From Phycisphaerae bacterium (lineage in GTDB: Bacteria > Planctomycetota > Phycisphaerae > UBA1845): DNA of 35,286 nucleotides. Position numbers and translations under genes: made by a program. The stretch covers positions 1 through 35,286 of the forward strand of contig JBMYUM010000003.1 in the NCBI GenBank assembly GCA_049605375.1, written 5' to 3'. The notes under the pieces were generated by a model that was given only the letters and a program-made list of their open reading frames with translations, did no database searches and was not told the origin of the DNA. Of the stretch, positions 27,324 to 35,286 are shown piece after piece. How positions within the stretch are numbered: the first letter of the stretch is position 1; every line of letters begins with the position of its first letter.

Positions 27324-29256
27324 AATCACCACCAGCCTGGCCATCGAAGATTCGCCACAGCGAATTTTCCTGACCAACATGCAGGCACTCTGGCGACAGG
27401 ACCCCGACCTTGCACGGCAAGTCGACGCCATCGAAGACGACCAGCGACCACCGCTCGAAAAGACCAGGAGCGGCGAGTTCACGACACAACTCGCCCCCGC
27501 CAACGGAAGCACCGGCGACTCCTCTTCTCCGATCTATTTGCACAGCCGGTATGATCCCGTCAAAGAAGCCCAACAACTGGTCAGCCAGCTCGAACAGGAT
27601 GAAAAGTACACCACCGTGGTCTGTGGACTCGGCCTCGGTTATCACGTCAGAGAACTTCTTTCGCGCCTCCGTGGCGATGCCATGGTCGTCTGCATCGAAC
27701 CATCGTTGCAGGTGTTGTCGGCGGCGTTGTCGACGCTGGATTTCAGCCACGCCATCCGCAACGGAAAGATCATCTTCCTGACCGATCCCGATAAACTTCG
27801 TATTCACGACCGACTGCAACCATTCAGTACACTCATGATGCTCGGCCTGGAATTCCTCCATCACCCGGCCTCCAAGCGCATCGAAGGTGACGCCCTCCAG
27901 GTCATTGTGAACGCAGTCAAAGAATTCGTGGCCTACACCCGCATGAGCATTCTGACGCTCGTCACGAATTCGCGCATCACCTGTAAGAACATCGCCATGA
28001 ACTTGGTGACGTATCTCTCGACGCCGCCGATCGATTCGCTGCAGAACCGATTCCGCGGCATGCCGGGAATCGTCGTGTCGGCCGGACCCTCGTTGCAAAA
28101 GAACATCGACACCCTTGCACGACTCAAGGGGAAGGCTGTCATCTGTGCCGTACAAACCAGCATCAAACCGTTGATTCAGCACGGCATCGAACCGGATTTC
28201 ATCACCACGCTTGACTTCCACGAAATGTCACGCGGCTTCTACCAGAACACCGGCGACCTCGCCTCTTCGCGTCTGATTGCCGAACCGAAGGCCACGTGGC
28301 ACGTGCTCGATGATTTTCCCGGGCAAGCCGCCCTGCTGCACAACGAATGGGCGGAACTCATCCTCGGCCCCGAACTGGGTCGTCGCGGCAGTTTGAAAGC
28401 CGGCGCTACCGTTGCCCATCTCGCGTTCTACCTGGCACGATACATGGGATGTGACCCCATCATTTTTGTCGGCCAGGATCTGGGATACACCGGGCATGTC
28501 TTCTACACCCCCGGGGTTGAAATCCACCAGGCGTGGCGGAGCGAACTCAATCGTTTCCACACGCTTGAACATAAAGAATGGGAGAAGATCGTCCGGAACC
28601 GGCAGATCTTAAAACGTGTCGAAGCCAATCAAGGCGGCACAATCTACACCGATGATCTGCTGCTCACATACCTGGAGCAATTCGAAAAAGACGTCGCCGA
28701 GTCCTCAACCAAAGTGATCAACGCCACAGAAGGTGGCGCCCGCATCAGAGGGATGGACATCATGTCGCTGGCGGACGTGGAGGCAACGTACTGTCACACG
28801 CCGATACCGGCTGAAAGACTGGCCGTCGACCTCTCGCTTGATGACCAACAATGCAGAAAACAACTCGCATCCGGTGCAACCGAACTGCACAACCGACTTG
28901 CCGAACTGAAGGATGCAATGGATGTCTGCAACGAGTTGTTGGAATTACTGGAAGAGCTGACGTCACTGACCGACTCGCCAACGGAATTCAATCGGCGCCT
29001 CGTTCGGGTGGACGAATTACGCGTCCGAATCACCAACGAGAGTCGCACCTACATGCTGATCAATGCCGCCTGCCAGTTGGCCGAGCTACGACGGTTTTCG
29101 GCCGACCGCCGTATCCGTGCCGTTGAGCATGATGAAATCGAACGGGCCAAACGACAAATCGAACGCGATATTGAATTCATCAAGTCCGTCAAACAAGGGG
29201 CCGAAGACGTATCTGAAATTCTCCGCGACGCGTTGGAGCGAATCGAAAATCGATGA
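27307..29256 (+). CDS. Motility-associated-factor (Maf_flag10/DUF115) type glycosyltransferase, full length
   Basis: N-terminal LHSRYDPVKEA and GLGLGYH..IEP. Central VSAGPSLQKN, GIEPDF, GATVAH, MGCDPIIFVGQDLGY, INATEGGARI. C-terminal helical bundle. Start uncertain (TTG 27307 after GAGGA, or ATG 27289-27295), overlapping the aat 3' end. Confidence 0.88.
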   Translation: MTAIPEITTSLAIEDSPQRIFLTNMQALWRQDPDLARQVDAIEDDQRPPLEKTRSGEFTTQLAPANGSTGDSSSPIYLHSRYDPVKEAQQLVSQLEQDEKYTTVVCGLGLGYHVRELLSRLRGDAMVVCIEPSLQVLSAALSTLDFSHAIRNGKIIFLTDPDKLRIHDRLQPFSTLMMLGLEFLHHPASKRIEGDALQVIVNAVKEFVAYTRMSILTLVTNSRITCKNIAMNLVTYLSTPPIDSLQNRFRGMPGIVVSAGPSLQKNIDTLARLKGKAVICAVQTSIKPLIQHGIEPDFITTLDFHEMSRGFYQNTGDLASSRLIAEPKATWHVLDDFPGQAALLHNEWAELILGPELGRRGSLKAGATVAHLAFYLARYMGCDPIIFVGQDLGYTGHVFYTPGVEIHQAWRSELNRFHTLEHKEWEKIVRNRQILKRVEANQGGTIYTDDLLLTYLEQFEKDVAESSTKVINATEGGARIRGMDIMSLADVEATYCHTPIPAERLAVDLSLDDQQCRKQLASGATELHNRLAELKDAMDVCNELLELLEELTSLTDSPTEFNRRLVRVDELRVRITNESRTYMLINAACQLAELRRFSADRRIRAVEHDEIERAKRQIERDIEFIKSVKQGAEDVSEILRDALERIENR

Positions 29257-30893
29257 AAACCATCGCTGCCATTTTTGCTGACCTGACAACGTCGACGCTT
29301 GGCACCGCGAGCCGGCTGAACACCCCATTGAAGGGAGTCCCCGTGCTGCGCCGTACCGTCGATCGGCTGCGGCAGGTCAATTCGCTCGCATCCATCCACG
29401 TCGGCTGCAGCAAAGAACATCACCAGACGTGCTCGGCTATCCTCGATAGCAGCGGGGCCGTCGTCCATGTTGTCAATCTCCCACCTCCGCCATGGCGAGA
29501 GCTGGTTTCCTCGGCACGAAAATGGGCAATCAATGGGTGGCGCGGCGGCGTTGGCGGCACGACCCATTTCGATGAGTTCGTCGATGCCAGATGGTTGGCA
29601 CCCTTGATGAACACGATCGAAGCCGAAGCCGTTGTGACAGTCCATGCCGGCGCCGCACTGGTCGATCCTGCACTAACCGAGCGTATGATCCGCCACCTTC
29701 AACATGCGGAAGAGATGGCACGCATGGTGTTCGGCCAATCGCCTCCGGGATTGATGGGGCTCGCAATGGGGCGCCCCATCGTCGAGGAACTCGCTGCCCA
29801 GCAAACCCCAATCGGCTGGGTATTCAGCTTCAAACCCGATGCACCGGCGAAAGACCTGATTACACAACCCCCCTGCCTCGAAGTACCCGGCGTTGTGCGC
29901 TATGCGGCAGGCCGACTCGTGTCCGACACCCGCCGCGGATTCGAAAGGATGGATCGCATCCTCGACCACTTCGAGAACCCAACCGGTGAGCAGATCGCAC
30001 GGCATCTGCTTGATGAAACGACCCACCATGTCGACCAACTTCCGCGAGAAATCGAAGTCGAATTGACAACGGACTCCCCTCTACCGAACTGCAAGCTGCA
30101 TCCAACCGGAGCGAACGCGGGGCGTACCTCACCGCTCCCCACACACTGCGTTGAAACTCTGGCGACGCAACTTGCTGATTTCGACGACTCGCTCATCCTG
30201 CTGGGAGGCTTTGGTGACCCGCTTCGGCATGCGGACTTTCAAACCTGCCTGTCGGCACTTGGTGGCAGAGCATTCGGTGTTGCCATCCGCACAACCGGGC
30301 TCGATCTCAATGAAGAGCTCATTGCTGACTTGACGGATCAGGGTGTCGATTTGCTGCAAGTCACTCTCGACGCCTGCAGCCCCGATACATATCGCAAGGT
30401 CCACGGCCTAGCCGGTTCTGAGCACAACCCGCTCGACGCGTTGCTCGCCAATATCGACAAGATCAATGTACGACGGGAAACGGCCAAGAGCATTCGACCG
30501 ATCTTGGTCCCATCGTTTTCAAAGTCGATCCTTAACATCGAAGAAATGGACCAGTTTCACGATGATTGGCTGCGGAAAGCAGGCGCCGTCTCACTCCATG
30601 GCGCGTCAACGTATGCCGACACATGGGACGATCTACGAGTCACGAGCATGGCACCACCGCAACGAAAGCCATGCGCGAGACTGTGGAATCGATGTATCGT
30701 TCTGGCTGATGGTAACGTTGTTCTATGCGATCAGGATGTCGCAGGTCGGCAGACCATCGGATCGCTGCACGAGCAGTCATTGTCGGAGATTTGGGAATCA
30801 GCAGCCTTCAATCGCGCCAGGTCGGCTCATCAGGACGGGAGCCTTTCCGGGCTCCCACTTTGCGCCTCATGCGACGAATGGCATCGACCGTAG
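29253..30893 (+). CDS. Three-domain protein: cytidylyltransferase-like + degenerate radical-SAM-like + twitch/SPASM (spiro-SPASM-like architecture)
   Basis: The N-terminus parallels SpsF/NeuA-type enzymes (PLKGVPVLRRTVDRL, LVDP, RLVSDT). Central EVELTT.., GGFGDPL, TTG, VTLDA...TYRKVHG without CxxxCxxC. C-terminal PC..LW....LADGNVVLCDQD....IG.L....L.EIW...CASC. ATGA-coupled to the Maf gene. Confidence 0.82.
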   Translation: MKTIAAIFADLTTSTLGTASRLNTPLKGVPVLRRTVDRLRQVNSLASIHVGCSKEHHQTCSAILDSSGAVVHVVNLPPPPWRELVSSARKWAINGWRGGVGGTTHFDEFVDARWLAPLMNTIEAEAVVTVHAGAALVDPALTERMIRHLQHAEEMARMVFGQSPPGLMGLAMGRPIVEELAAQQTPIGWVFSFKPDAPAKDLITQPPCLEVPGVVRYAAGRLVSDTRRGFERMDRILDHFENPTGEQIARHLLDETTHHVDQLPREIEVELTTDSPLPNCKLHPTGANAGRTSPLPTHCVETLATQLADFDDSLILLGGFGDPLRHADFQTCLSALGGRAFGVAIRTTGLDLNEELIADLTDQGVDLLQVTLDACSPDTYRKVHGLAGSEHNPLDALLANIDKINVRRETAKSIRPILVPSFSKSILNIEEMDQFHDDWLRKAGAVSLHGASTYADTWDDLRVTSMAPPQRKPCARLWNRCIVLADGNVVLCDQDVAGRQTIGSLHEQSLSEIWESAAFNRARSAHQDGSLSGLPLCASCDEWHRP

Positions 30894-30922
30894 GAAGGGA
30901 GATGCCGCAAATCACGGACGCT

Positions 30923-31552
30923 TCAAGATGGCGTTCCGTCACCCCACCGCTCAAAGGAATCCCACGCCTTTTCGAGACCGGCATGATCTCCATCCAACGC
31001 CTTTCGACACCAAACGGCAACCTCATCGACAGTTCGGCTGAGTAACGCATCGGTCAGCTCGGGTGTCACTTGCATGACATCCTCCAGGCACGACACAACG
31101 GTGGGTGGCGACAGCCCTCGATCTAACTGTTTCGTATTGATCCCCACCCCCACGATGATCGTGTGAATGCCGTGGCCGTCACCGAATGACTCCACCAGCA
31201 CACCCGCCAGTTTCCCCGGGGCGGCATCAGGCGCAACACGCAGATAGACGTCGTTAATTGGCTTCAAGAGCGGCGATTGCGCACACAGTGCACGGACCGC
31301 GGTCGCACATCCGATGGCCCCGGCACGACTGACGAGTTCTGCATCGACCTGCTCCACCTGCAGCCCGGCCAATACGACGCTCACATAAATGCCGGCATCG
31401 CGCGGCGATTGCCAGGACCGATCGAAGCGACCACGCCCCGCCCGCTGTTCACGCGCGCAGAGATAGCCGTCCCCATGCCAGTCACCGGCACGGATGCGCC
31501 GCTTCACTTCTTCGTTAGTGGAATCGACGGCGTCGAGATGAATGCCCATCAT
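30923..31552 (-). CDS. birA: Biotin--protein ligase, catalytic domain only
   Basis: VDSTN, EQRAGRGRFDRSWQSP, KPIND (KWPND variant), GKLAGVLVE, VGVGIN. Confidence 0.88.
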   Translation of the reverse strand: MMGIHLDAVDSTNEEVKRRIRAGDWHGDGYLCAREQRAGRGRFDRSWQSPRDAGIYVSVVLAGLQVEQVDAELVSRAGAIGCATAVRALCAQSPLLKPINDVYLRVAPDAAPGKLAGVLVESFGDGHGIHTIIVGVGINTKQLDRGLSPPTVVSCLEDVMQVTPELTDALLSRTVDEVAVWCRKALDGDHAGLEKAWDSFERWGDGTPS

Positions 31553-31573
31553 GGCCGGTCGCTCGTAAGCCGG

Positions 31574-32767
31574 TCATCCTTCATGCGGATTTGGATCAAG
31601 ACTGGCGGGTGCCAGTAATGCGATGCTGGCCGTAAAACCGTGGATGAAATTTCTGCCACCTACCGGACCAAACTCACCGCCGCAAAAGAACCCGGTCGCC
31701 GGAACGTCACCGATGAGATCCCGTACAACCCGCGCATCGTGACCCGCGTAAGACCACATGTTGGTTCCACGACCGTTGCAGCTGAAGATCAAGGCCGCCT
31801 GCACACCTGTTCCACCATGCGGTGTCAAGAGCGTCTTCAAGTCATCATCGGCGCTCTCGGCATCGCGTACGTGAAACTGAACCGTCGCACCGGTACGTGC
31901 ATGGCCGGTGATGCGGATGGCCCCGGAATTTTGATCAACGCCAATGATGTTATGAATCAGGAAATCGCCACGGGTGAACTTGTCTTTGTGCTCATCAATG
32001 ACGCGCCCGATCAGCAGCGATTGTCGCGCGAGCTTCTCGTCCTTGTCTGAAAGATCGATCATCACCTGGTGCAGTTGCTTGAGAACAGGCTTTCCACCAA
32101 GCTCACGGATGATGTCACGTTCACCTCGCGTAATGACAAAAGGGACACCGATCGGTCGACAGCCCTGAGAAACCACCGTCTGAACTTCGATGTTGCCACT
32201 CAAGGCAAGACCAACGATCCCCTCACGCAGAATCTGGCCGCTGATCAGCAGACGGTTCTGATCCGGCTGATAACCGGCACTCGCAACGCCGCCCACCAGC
32301 GGAGCGCCGGGAAAAGCCTCGTTGATCTTCTCGACGAACCCATGGACGTTGACCTTGAACGGGTCGGCAAACGCGATGAAAGCCGGCTCCTGATCGCGCG
32401 AAACACCAACAAGGCGCTCCCAGTCCTGTTCGTCATTCGCGTTCTCAAGCTGCTCCTGGTCGATCTGGAAAGGCCGAATCTCGACACCGGGCAGCGTCGC
32501 CGCCATCAACGACATCGACGGAGATCGCTCAACTTCGGTATCTACACCGACCGTCCCCTCGGCCGTGCAGCCGACAAGAATAGCCGTTGGGAAATAGGCG
32601 CTGATCTTCTCAACAACATCATCCAGATCGTCTTCGAAGTGAGCGGTGGAAAATAGAAAGACCAGGTCTGCCATACCCGGTGTCAACGTTTGATCAATAG
32701 GTCGAAGAAGTTCCTCGACCGCCGCCTGTGAAGTCCGGGCGGTCGTGATGGATGAGGCGAAACGCAT
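31574..32767 (-). CDS. FIST N/C domain protein (stand-alone sensory protein)
   Basis: LVGCTAEG, GGVAS, VSQGCRPIG, VQFHVRD, FSCNGRG, GFFCGGEFGPVGGRNFIHGFTAS. Probable start ATG 32767 (MRFASS). Confidence 0.92.
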   Translation of the reverse strand: MRFASSITTARTSQAAVEELLRPIDQTLTPGMADLVFLFSTAHFEDDLDDVVEKISAYFPTAILVGCTAEGTVGVDTEVERSPSMSLMAATLPGVEIRPFQIDQEQLENANDEQDWERLVGVSRDQEPAFIAFADPFKVNVHGFVEKINEAFPGAPLVGGVASAGYQPDQNRLLISGQILREGIVGLALSGNIEVQTVVSQGCRPIGVPFVITRGERDIIRELGGKPVLKQLHQVMIDLSDKDEKLARQSLLIGRVIDEHKDKFTRGDFLIHNIIGVDQNSGAIRITGHARTGATVQFHVRDAESADDDLKTLLTPHGGTGVQAALIFSCNGRGTNMWSYAGHDARVVRDLIGDVPATGFFCGGEFGPVGGRNFIHGFTASIALLAPASLDPNPHEG

Positions 32768-33057
32768 TTGAAAAACCCCGATAGGGAGCCAGCTCGTCTT
32801 CCCGTAACAGTTCGCAGGACGCCTGGGTACCCGTGAGCGCCGGCGAGAATCCCGCGAGGTAAACGCAGCGGAAGCGAGGAAGCACCAGCCATGGCACAAC
32901 CTGCTGACTGCACCATAGTTGGGTCTGGCAAAACAATCAATTGTCTCGTATGGTGGCGTCTCCGGCGGACAATGTCAAAGTGCGATCAAGACGCGACGAC
33001 GTGATCCGGGTTCACCACACGCCGTCAAACGCTTTCCCAACAGCAGGTAGCAACAAG

Positions 33058-35286
33058 ATGGCCACGGACCAGGTAACGTCTTCACACTGGACGGTCGAAG
33101 TATTTCATCGGAATGACCTCGGGGATGCCGTCGCCTGCGATCCGCACGCACGCGCCGTGCTGACGGATCTTCACGAGGCAGGACTTACCCATATCAAGTC
33201 AGTCCATGCAAGCCGCATCTTCATGCTGAGCGGTACGCTGAATGACGGAGCGGTGACGGACTTCGCAGACACATTCTTTGCGAATCCAGTCACCGAATCG
33301 TTCACGATTCATGAAAGCCTGAACCATCGCACGCCCCAGAAACAGACCATCGAAGTGCATCCTCTCCCGGGGGTCATGAATCCAGAAGCCGAGAGCGCCC
33401 TCCGGGCATGCCGCCGCAGGCTCCAGAGTCCGGATCTCGAAATTGAAATGATCCAAACCGGACGACGCTATGCGATCGAAGGCGCTAAGAACGACGATGA
33501 ACTGGATAGGATTGCCCGCCGGTTTCTGGCCAACGACTGCATCGAAACCTGGTACATCAATGGCTTTGATTGCACCGACACCATACCCGCGACCTTTCCG
33601 GAACCACCGCGCCGCCCGTTCCAGCTTCGTACCGTCGAAATACGATCCCTCAACGACGACGCACTCAGCAAGCTCTCCCGGGAAGGACACCTCTTTCTCT
33701 CCCTTGATGAAATGCGGGACGTACAAGCCTACTACACGACGCTCGAACGCGATCCGACTGATCTCGAACTCGAAACAGTTGCACAGACCTGGTCCGAACA
33801 CTGCGTTCACAAGACACTCAAGAGTGCCTACGCGTATGAAGGCGAGGATTTCGGCAAACCGGGCACAATCAAGCTGACGTTCGACAATCTGCTGGCAGAA
33901 ACAATCGCGGCCGCCACCAACGAATTGAACAAACCGTGGTGCTTGTCCGTGTTTGTCGACAATGCCGGCGTGATCGCGTTTGACGATGAATACGGCATCG
34001 CCTTCAAAGCAGAAACGCACAATCACCCCTCGGCGATCGAACCCTACGGGGGCGCCGCGACCGGTATCGGCGGCTGTATTCGTGACATCATGGGCTGCGG
34101 CCTCGGAGCCAAACCCATTGCATCAACCGACATCTTCTGCGTCGCTCCACCGGATTTCCCCTTCGAGAAACTCCCGCAAGGCGTGCTTCATCCACGTCGT
34201 ATCTTGAAAGGAATTGTCGGCGGAGTTCGAGACTATGGTAATCGGATGGGGATTCCGACCGTGAACGGTGCGGTGGTATTCGATGAACGCTACCTCGCCA
34301 ATCCGCTGGTGTTTTGTGGGTGTATCGGCCTGATTCCGCGCGACAAGATCGATAAAGCGCCGCAGATCGGTGACGCCATTATCGTCGCCGGTGGTCGGAC
34401 CGGACGCGACGGCATTCACGGTGCCACGTTCTCTTCCGCTGAGCTGACCGACGAAGCCGCCGACGAATTCTCGCACGCGGTCCAGATCGGAAACGCCATT
34501 GAAGAGAAGAAGTTGCTGGATGCCCAACTGCTGGCAAGAGACCATGCCGATGGTTGCCTGTTCAACGCGGTGACGGACTGCGGTGCCGGCGGCCTGAGCA
34601 GCGCCGTCGGTGAAATGGCAGAAGAACTCGGTGCCGATGTGCAGCTGCAGGATGTCCCATTGAAGTATGAGGGACTCCGTTACGACGAGATCTGGATCTC
34701 GGAAGCACAGGAGCGAATGGTCTTCGCGGTACCACAAGAAAATGTGGACACCATGATCGCGTTATTCCGCAAGGAAGATGTCGAAGCGACGGTCATCGGT
34801 CAATTCACCGGCAATGCCAAACTGCGTGTGTTCTATGGCGAAACCAACGTCGGTGAGTTGGACATGAAGTTTCTGCATGGAGGATTGCCAAAGCAGACGC
34901 TGACGGCAACGTGGGACGCGAGCGCACAAACCCCCTATCACCCGCAAGCACTCGAAGATTCGAGTCGAGACCTCAATGCGACCATGCTGGCTTCGATCGG
35001 AAGTCTGCAGACCGCTTCCCGCGAATGGATCATTCGACAATATGATCATGAAGTGCAGGGACGGAGCGTGGTCAAGCCACTGACCGGACCGAACGCGGGC
35101 CCATCCGACGCCGCCGTCATTCGACCCCGCTATGAAAGTCCAAAAGGAATTGGTGTCAGTTGCGGCATATGCCCCGAACGCGGCGATGATGACCCTTACC
35201 TGATGGCGATCCTTGCGGTCGACGAAGCACTGCGCAATCTCATTTGCGTCGGCGCGGACCCAGAGCAGGTTGCCATTCTGGACAAT
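33058..35286 (+). CDS. purL: Phosphoribosylformylglycinamidine synthase PurL with N-terminal PurS-like domains, 3'-truncated
   Basis: Manual translation from ATG 33058 gives QTWSEHCVHKT, KAETHNHPSAIEPYGGAATGIGGCIRD, GRTGRDGIHGATFSS, DCGAGGLSS, SEAQERM and QYDHEVQG. It runs off the window end, so it is absent from the ORF track. Confidence 0.96.
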   Translation, partial: MATDQVTSSHWTVEVFHRNDLGDAVACDPHARAVLTDLHEAGLTHIKSVHASRIFMLSGTLNDGAVTDFADTFFANPVTESFTIHESLNHRTPQKQTIEVHPLPGVMNPEAESALRACRRRLQSPDLEIEMIQTGRRYAIEGAKNDDELDRIARRFLANDCIETWYINGFDCTDTIPATFPEPPRRPFQLRTVEIRSLNDDALSKLSREGHLFLSLDEMRDVQAYYTTLERDPTDLELETVAQTWSEHCVHKTLKSAYAYEGEDFGKPGTIKLTFDNLLAETIAAATNELNKPWCLSVFVDNAGVIAFDDEYGIAFKAETHNHPSAIEPYGGAATGIGGCIRDIMGCGLGAKPIASTDIFCVAPPDFPFEKLPQGVLHPRRILKGIVGGVRDYGNRMGIPTVNGAVVFDERYLANPLVFCGCIGLIPRDKIDKAPQIGDAIIVAGGRTGRDGIHGATFSSAELTDEAADEFSHAVQIGNAIEEKKLLDAQLLARDHADGCLFNAVTDCGAGGLSSAVGEMAEELGADVQLQDVPLKYEGLRYDEIWISEAQERMVFAVPQENVDTMIALFRKEDVEATVIGQFTGNAKLRVFYGETNVGELDMKFLHGGLPKQTLTATWDASAQTPYHPQALEDSSRDLNATMLASIGSLQTASREWIIRQYDHEVQGRSVVKPLTGPNAGPSDAAVIRPRYESPKGIGVSCGICPERGDDDPYLMAILAVDEALRNLICVGADPEQVAILDN

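Noticed and set aside
29253-30893. RiPP maturase interpretation of the SPASM protein
   Set aside because: No CxxxCxxC, no RRE/PqqD domain, no adjacent precursor peptide or transporter. The context points to sugar chemistry.
32768-32899. 44-aa N-terminal extension of the FIST ORF
   Set aside because: Arg/Cys-rich non-domain sequence. The FIST-like sequence begins at MRFASS (32767).
1-35286. CRISPR arrays, tRNA/rRNA genes, transposases, integrases or phage genes
   Set aside because: No regularly spaced repeats, cloverleaf/T-loop signatures or mobile-element motifs were seen by eye. A tRNAscan/Infernal run would be needed to exclude them formally.

Overview
GC-rich bacterial chromosomal window, most likely from a planctomycete (Phycisphaerae-like). 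The taxonomy is inferred from protein architectures such as the dockerin-like tail, long LptD and PurS-fused PurL, and is not proven. It is mostly housekeeping and envelope genes. In order: a 5'-truncated protein with FN3-like and dockerin-like domains, lptD, bamA, a leftward pair of lipoproteins (divergent OmpA/CpaD-like and TPR), an M19 dipeptidase, and a leucine-catabolism cluster (liuB, liuC, split liuD, liuE). Then come an MBOAT+SGNH O-acylation pair, manA with a coupled membrane protein, a stand-alone tRNA-binding OB-fold gene, two small lipoproteins and a structured intergenic region. These are followed by a metK-HAD-aat-Maf-'spiro-SPASM-like' run, birA, a FIST protein and a 3'-truncated purL that the ORF track omits. 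The most interesting element is a full-length Maf-type (DUF115) glycosyltransferase translationally coupled to a three-domain protein. In that protein the cytidylyltransferase-like and radical-SAM-like domains both appear to have lost catalytic motifs, while a four-Cys twitch/SPASM cluster site is intact. This is a candidate uncharacterised protein-glycosylation module. I found no rRNA, tRNA, CRISPR array or mobile element by eye. All calls are by motif recognition only; no searches were run.
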